Shown: piece by piece, positions 61,675 to 64,000 of the stretch
How the letters are laid out: each line of letters starts with the position of its first letter
Numbering within the stretch: the first letter of the stretch is position 1
NCBI GenBank assembly: GCA_963771175.1
Contig: CAVYSY010000027.1
Location: 64,001 to 128,000, forward strand
DNA from: an uncultured delta proteobacterium
GTDB taxonomy: Bacteria > Myxococcota > Myxococcia > Myxococcales > Myxococcaceae
Direction: 5' to 3'
Length of the DNA: 64,000 nt
Translations under genes and position numbers: made by a program
The notes under the pieces: generated by a model
What the model was told of the DNA's origin: nothing
Database searches by the model: none
Seen by the model: only the letters and a program-made list of their open reading frames with translations

Positions 61675-63347
61675 CTAGAAGCGCTTGAAGTCCGTGTCCG
61701 AGCCAGGCGCCGCGCGCACTGGCAGCGCCTGCGCCACCGCCTTCAGCCCCTGAGCCGTCGCGTGCACGGGTGCATGCGCCAGCGGCATCACCACGGGTCT
61801 CAGCGGTCTCAACACCGGGTGCCCTCCAGAGTGCCCCTCCTCCGCCACGCGGAAGAACGTCATCATCTGTTGCAGCGACTCGGCCTGTGCCGCCAGCTCC
61901 TCCGCCGTCGATGACAGCTCCTCGGCCGCCGAGGCGTTTCGCTGCGTCACCTGGTCCACCTGCACCATCGCCCGGTTCATCTGCACCACCCCGCTGGCCT
62001 GCTCCCTCGACACCGCCGCCACCTGCTGCACCAGCTCCGCCGTCTTGCGAATGGAGGGCACCAGCTCCTTCAGCAGCATCCCCGAGCGCTCCGCCACCTT
62101 CACGCTGCTGCTGGCCAGGCTCCCAATCTCCTTGGCCGCCTTCTGGCTCCTCTCCGCCAGCTTCCTCACCTCCGCCGCCACCACCGCGAATCCCCTCCCG
62201 TGCTCCCCGGCCCTCGCCGCCTCCACCGCCGCGTTCAGCGCCAGCAGGTTCGTCTGGTACGCAATCTCCTCCACGATTCCGATTCGCTCCGCGATGGCCG
62301 CCATCGCCTCCACCGTCTCGTTCACCGCCAGCCCGCTCTCCTCCGCCTCCCGCCGCTCCTCTCACCGCCATGGACTCGAGCTGCTTGCTCGTCTCCGCGT
62401 TCTGGCTGATGGAGGCGCTCAACTGCTCCAGGCTCGTCGTCGTCTCCTCCACCGACGCCGCCTGCGTGCTGGTGCCCTGCGACAGTGACTGCGCCGCCGC
62501 GGCCACCAGCCCCGACGCGCCCGAGAGTGAGCCCACCGCGCCCCTCACCTCTCCCAGCACGCTGCCGAAGCGCTGCACCATCTCCCGCATCCCCTCCATC
62601 ATCCGCGCCGTCTCGTCCTCGCCCCGCACCTCGATGACGGTGGTGAGGTCTCCCGAGGCCAGCCTCCCGGTGAGCCTCACGCCCTCGTGGAGCGGCCGGA
62701 CGATGCCGCGCGACAGCACCCACGCCAGCAGCACCGCCAGCACCGGTCCCACCACGCCTCCGTCACCAGCATCCGCCTCACCGACGCCACCTGCGCTCGG
62801 ACACCCGAGCACGGGCGCTGGCGCTGCGCCAGACGCGTCCTGATGGAGGGTGTCCTCGACGGTGCGCAGGCTCTCCAGGAGCTTCCGCCCCTTGCCGCTC
62901 TTCACGTAGGCCAGACCTCCTCCATGGAGGCGCGGCCCGCGTCCGCATCCCGGCGCAGCGCCACCTGGTGCTCGATGTGCGGGAGGAACTGCTGCTGGTA
63001 CTGGTCCATCAGTTGTTGGAGCAACTCCTGCTGGCGGGGGGAACCCGCCGTCAGCTCCTTCAGCCGGGTGTGCGCCTTGAGGACCTGGGCGCGCTGCTGG
63101 GGCAGCGGCTCGAGGAGGGACTCATCGCCCGTGAACGCGAAGCCCAGTGCCCGGGCCTCCATGTCCAGCAGGGCGTTGTCCAGGGACAGCAGCTCGATGC
63201 CGGGTTTCGTGGGCGCGGTAGTACCCGTCGGTGTTCACGAGGCTGCATGAAGAGGCCGTAGGACCCCCAGATGACGGTGGCGAGCAGCGCGACGAGCACG
63301 CCGAATCCGAGCTGCAACTTGCGGCTGATGGTGAGCTTCTCGAGCAT
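61675..63347 (-). CDS. Methyl-accepting chemotaxis protein (CHASE3-like sensor, HAMP, MA; several frameshifts)
   Basis: [18 protein letters not shown]1; [50 protein letters not shown]-terminal pentapeptide-like DFKRF. Confidence 0.85.
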
Positions 63348-63395
63348 GAGACAGGCCCCTCTAAAGACGGGAGGAAGGAGGAAAGGACGGGGCTC

Positions 63396-64000
63396 TCACA
63401 TGGCGACACGCTGGCGCAGGGCCGCGCGCAGGAGGCCCGGCACGTCCAGGACGAGCCCCACGCGCCCGCTGCCGAGGATGGTGGAGCCGGACACTCCGGG
63501 CAGGTTCCGGAAGAGGCGACCCAGGGGCTTGAGGACGTGCTGGCCCTCGCCGTACAGCACGTCCACCACCAACCCCGCCCGGCTACCGCCCTGGCCCAGC
63601 ACGACGACACTCTCCCGGCCCGGCCCGGGGCCCTCCACGCCCAGCACGTCGCGCAGCCGCAGGTAGGGCAGCACCCGGCCTCGCAGGTTCAGCACGCCAC
63701 CGCCGGGCTGCCCGACCCGCTCCACCGGCAGCTCCAGGCACTCCCGCACCGCATCCAGTGGCAGCACGTACGTCTCCTCGCCCACGCCCACCGAGAAGCC
63801 CTGGATGGTGGCCAGCGTCAGCGGCACCCGCAGCGTCACCGTGGTGCCCTTCCCCTCCTCGCTGCGCAGCGTCACCATGCCCCGCAGGCCCTCCACGCCG
63901 CGCCGCACCACATCCATGCCCACGCCGCGCCCGGACACCTCCGTCACCTGCTCGGCGGTGGACAGCCCCGGCAGGAAGACGAGCTCCTCCAGCTCCTCCA
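63396..64000 (-). CDS. cheA: CheA histidine kinase (3' part; runs off the window)
   Basis: [27 protein letters not shown] and C-terminal CheW-like domain GSTILGSG. Confidence 0.92.
   Translation of the reverse strand, partial: EELEELVFLPGLSTAEQVTEVSGRGVGMDVVRRGVEGLRGMVTLRSEEGKGTTVTLRVPLTLATIQGFSVGVGEETYVLPLDAVRECLELPVERVGQPGGGVLNLRGRVLPYLRLRDVLGVEGPGPGRESVVVLGQGGSRAGLVVDVLYGEGQHVLKPLGRLFRNLPGVSGSTILGSGRVGLVLDVPGLLRAALRQRVAM

Noticed and set aside
1..64000. tRNA, rRNA, transposase, integrase or prophage genes
   Set aside because: None was recognisable by eye; tRNAscan-SE, Rfam and ISEScan would be needed to exclude them fully.

Overview
Very GC-rich bacterial DNA. Gene content (DUF2378/TIGR02265 protein, many lipoproteins, two chemosensory clusters, paired PilZ proteins) points to a myxobacterium, probably Cystobacter/Archangium-like; this is an inference. 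About 55 protein genes are supportable, including a SanA/DUF218 protein, AI-2E transporter, SMI1/KNR4 protein with a histone-H1-like tail, CotH kinase, class I terpene synthase, M3 peptidase, trpF, family-B DNA polymerase, gpmA, OPT and ABC transporters, RIO kinase, CrtI-type desaturase, a complete Wsp/Che6-like chemosensory operon, a GH1 glycosidase and the 3' part of a second chemotaxis operon. Many genes carry single-base frameshifts that look like assembly errors, but three gene remnants look like real decay. I saw no rRNA, tRNA, CRISPR array or transposase. The best candidates for new biology are: (1) a lower-GC pair of lipoprotein genes whose first member carries a JAB/JAMM-like metal motif (41.7-43.4 kb); (2) a lower-GC ABC-ATPase plus TOPRIM-like (DUF3226-type) two-gene cassette resembling PARIS/OLD defence systems (22.0-23.9 kb); (3) a ~1,170-aa protein with 200-aa tandem repeats, a disordered N-terminus, a hydrophobic C-terminus and a sigma28-like upstream motif (34.1-37.7 kb); (4) a modular family of intergenic palindromic repeats with covarying stems (8.9, 9.3-9.5, 33.8-34.0 and 56.9 kb).
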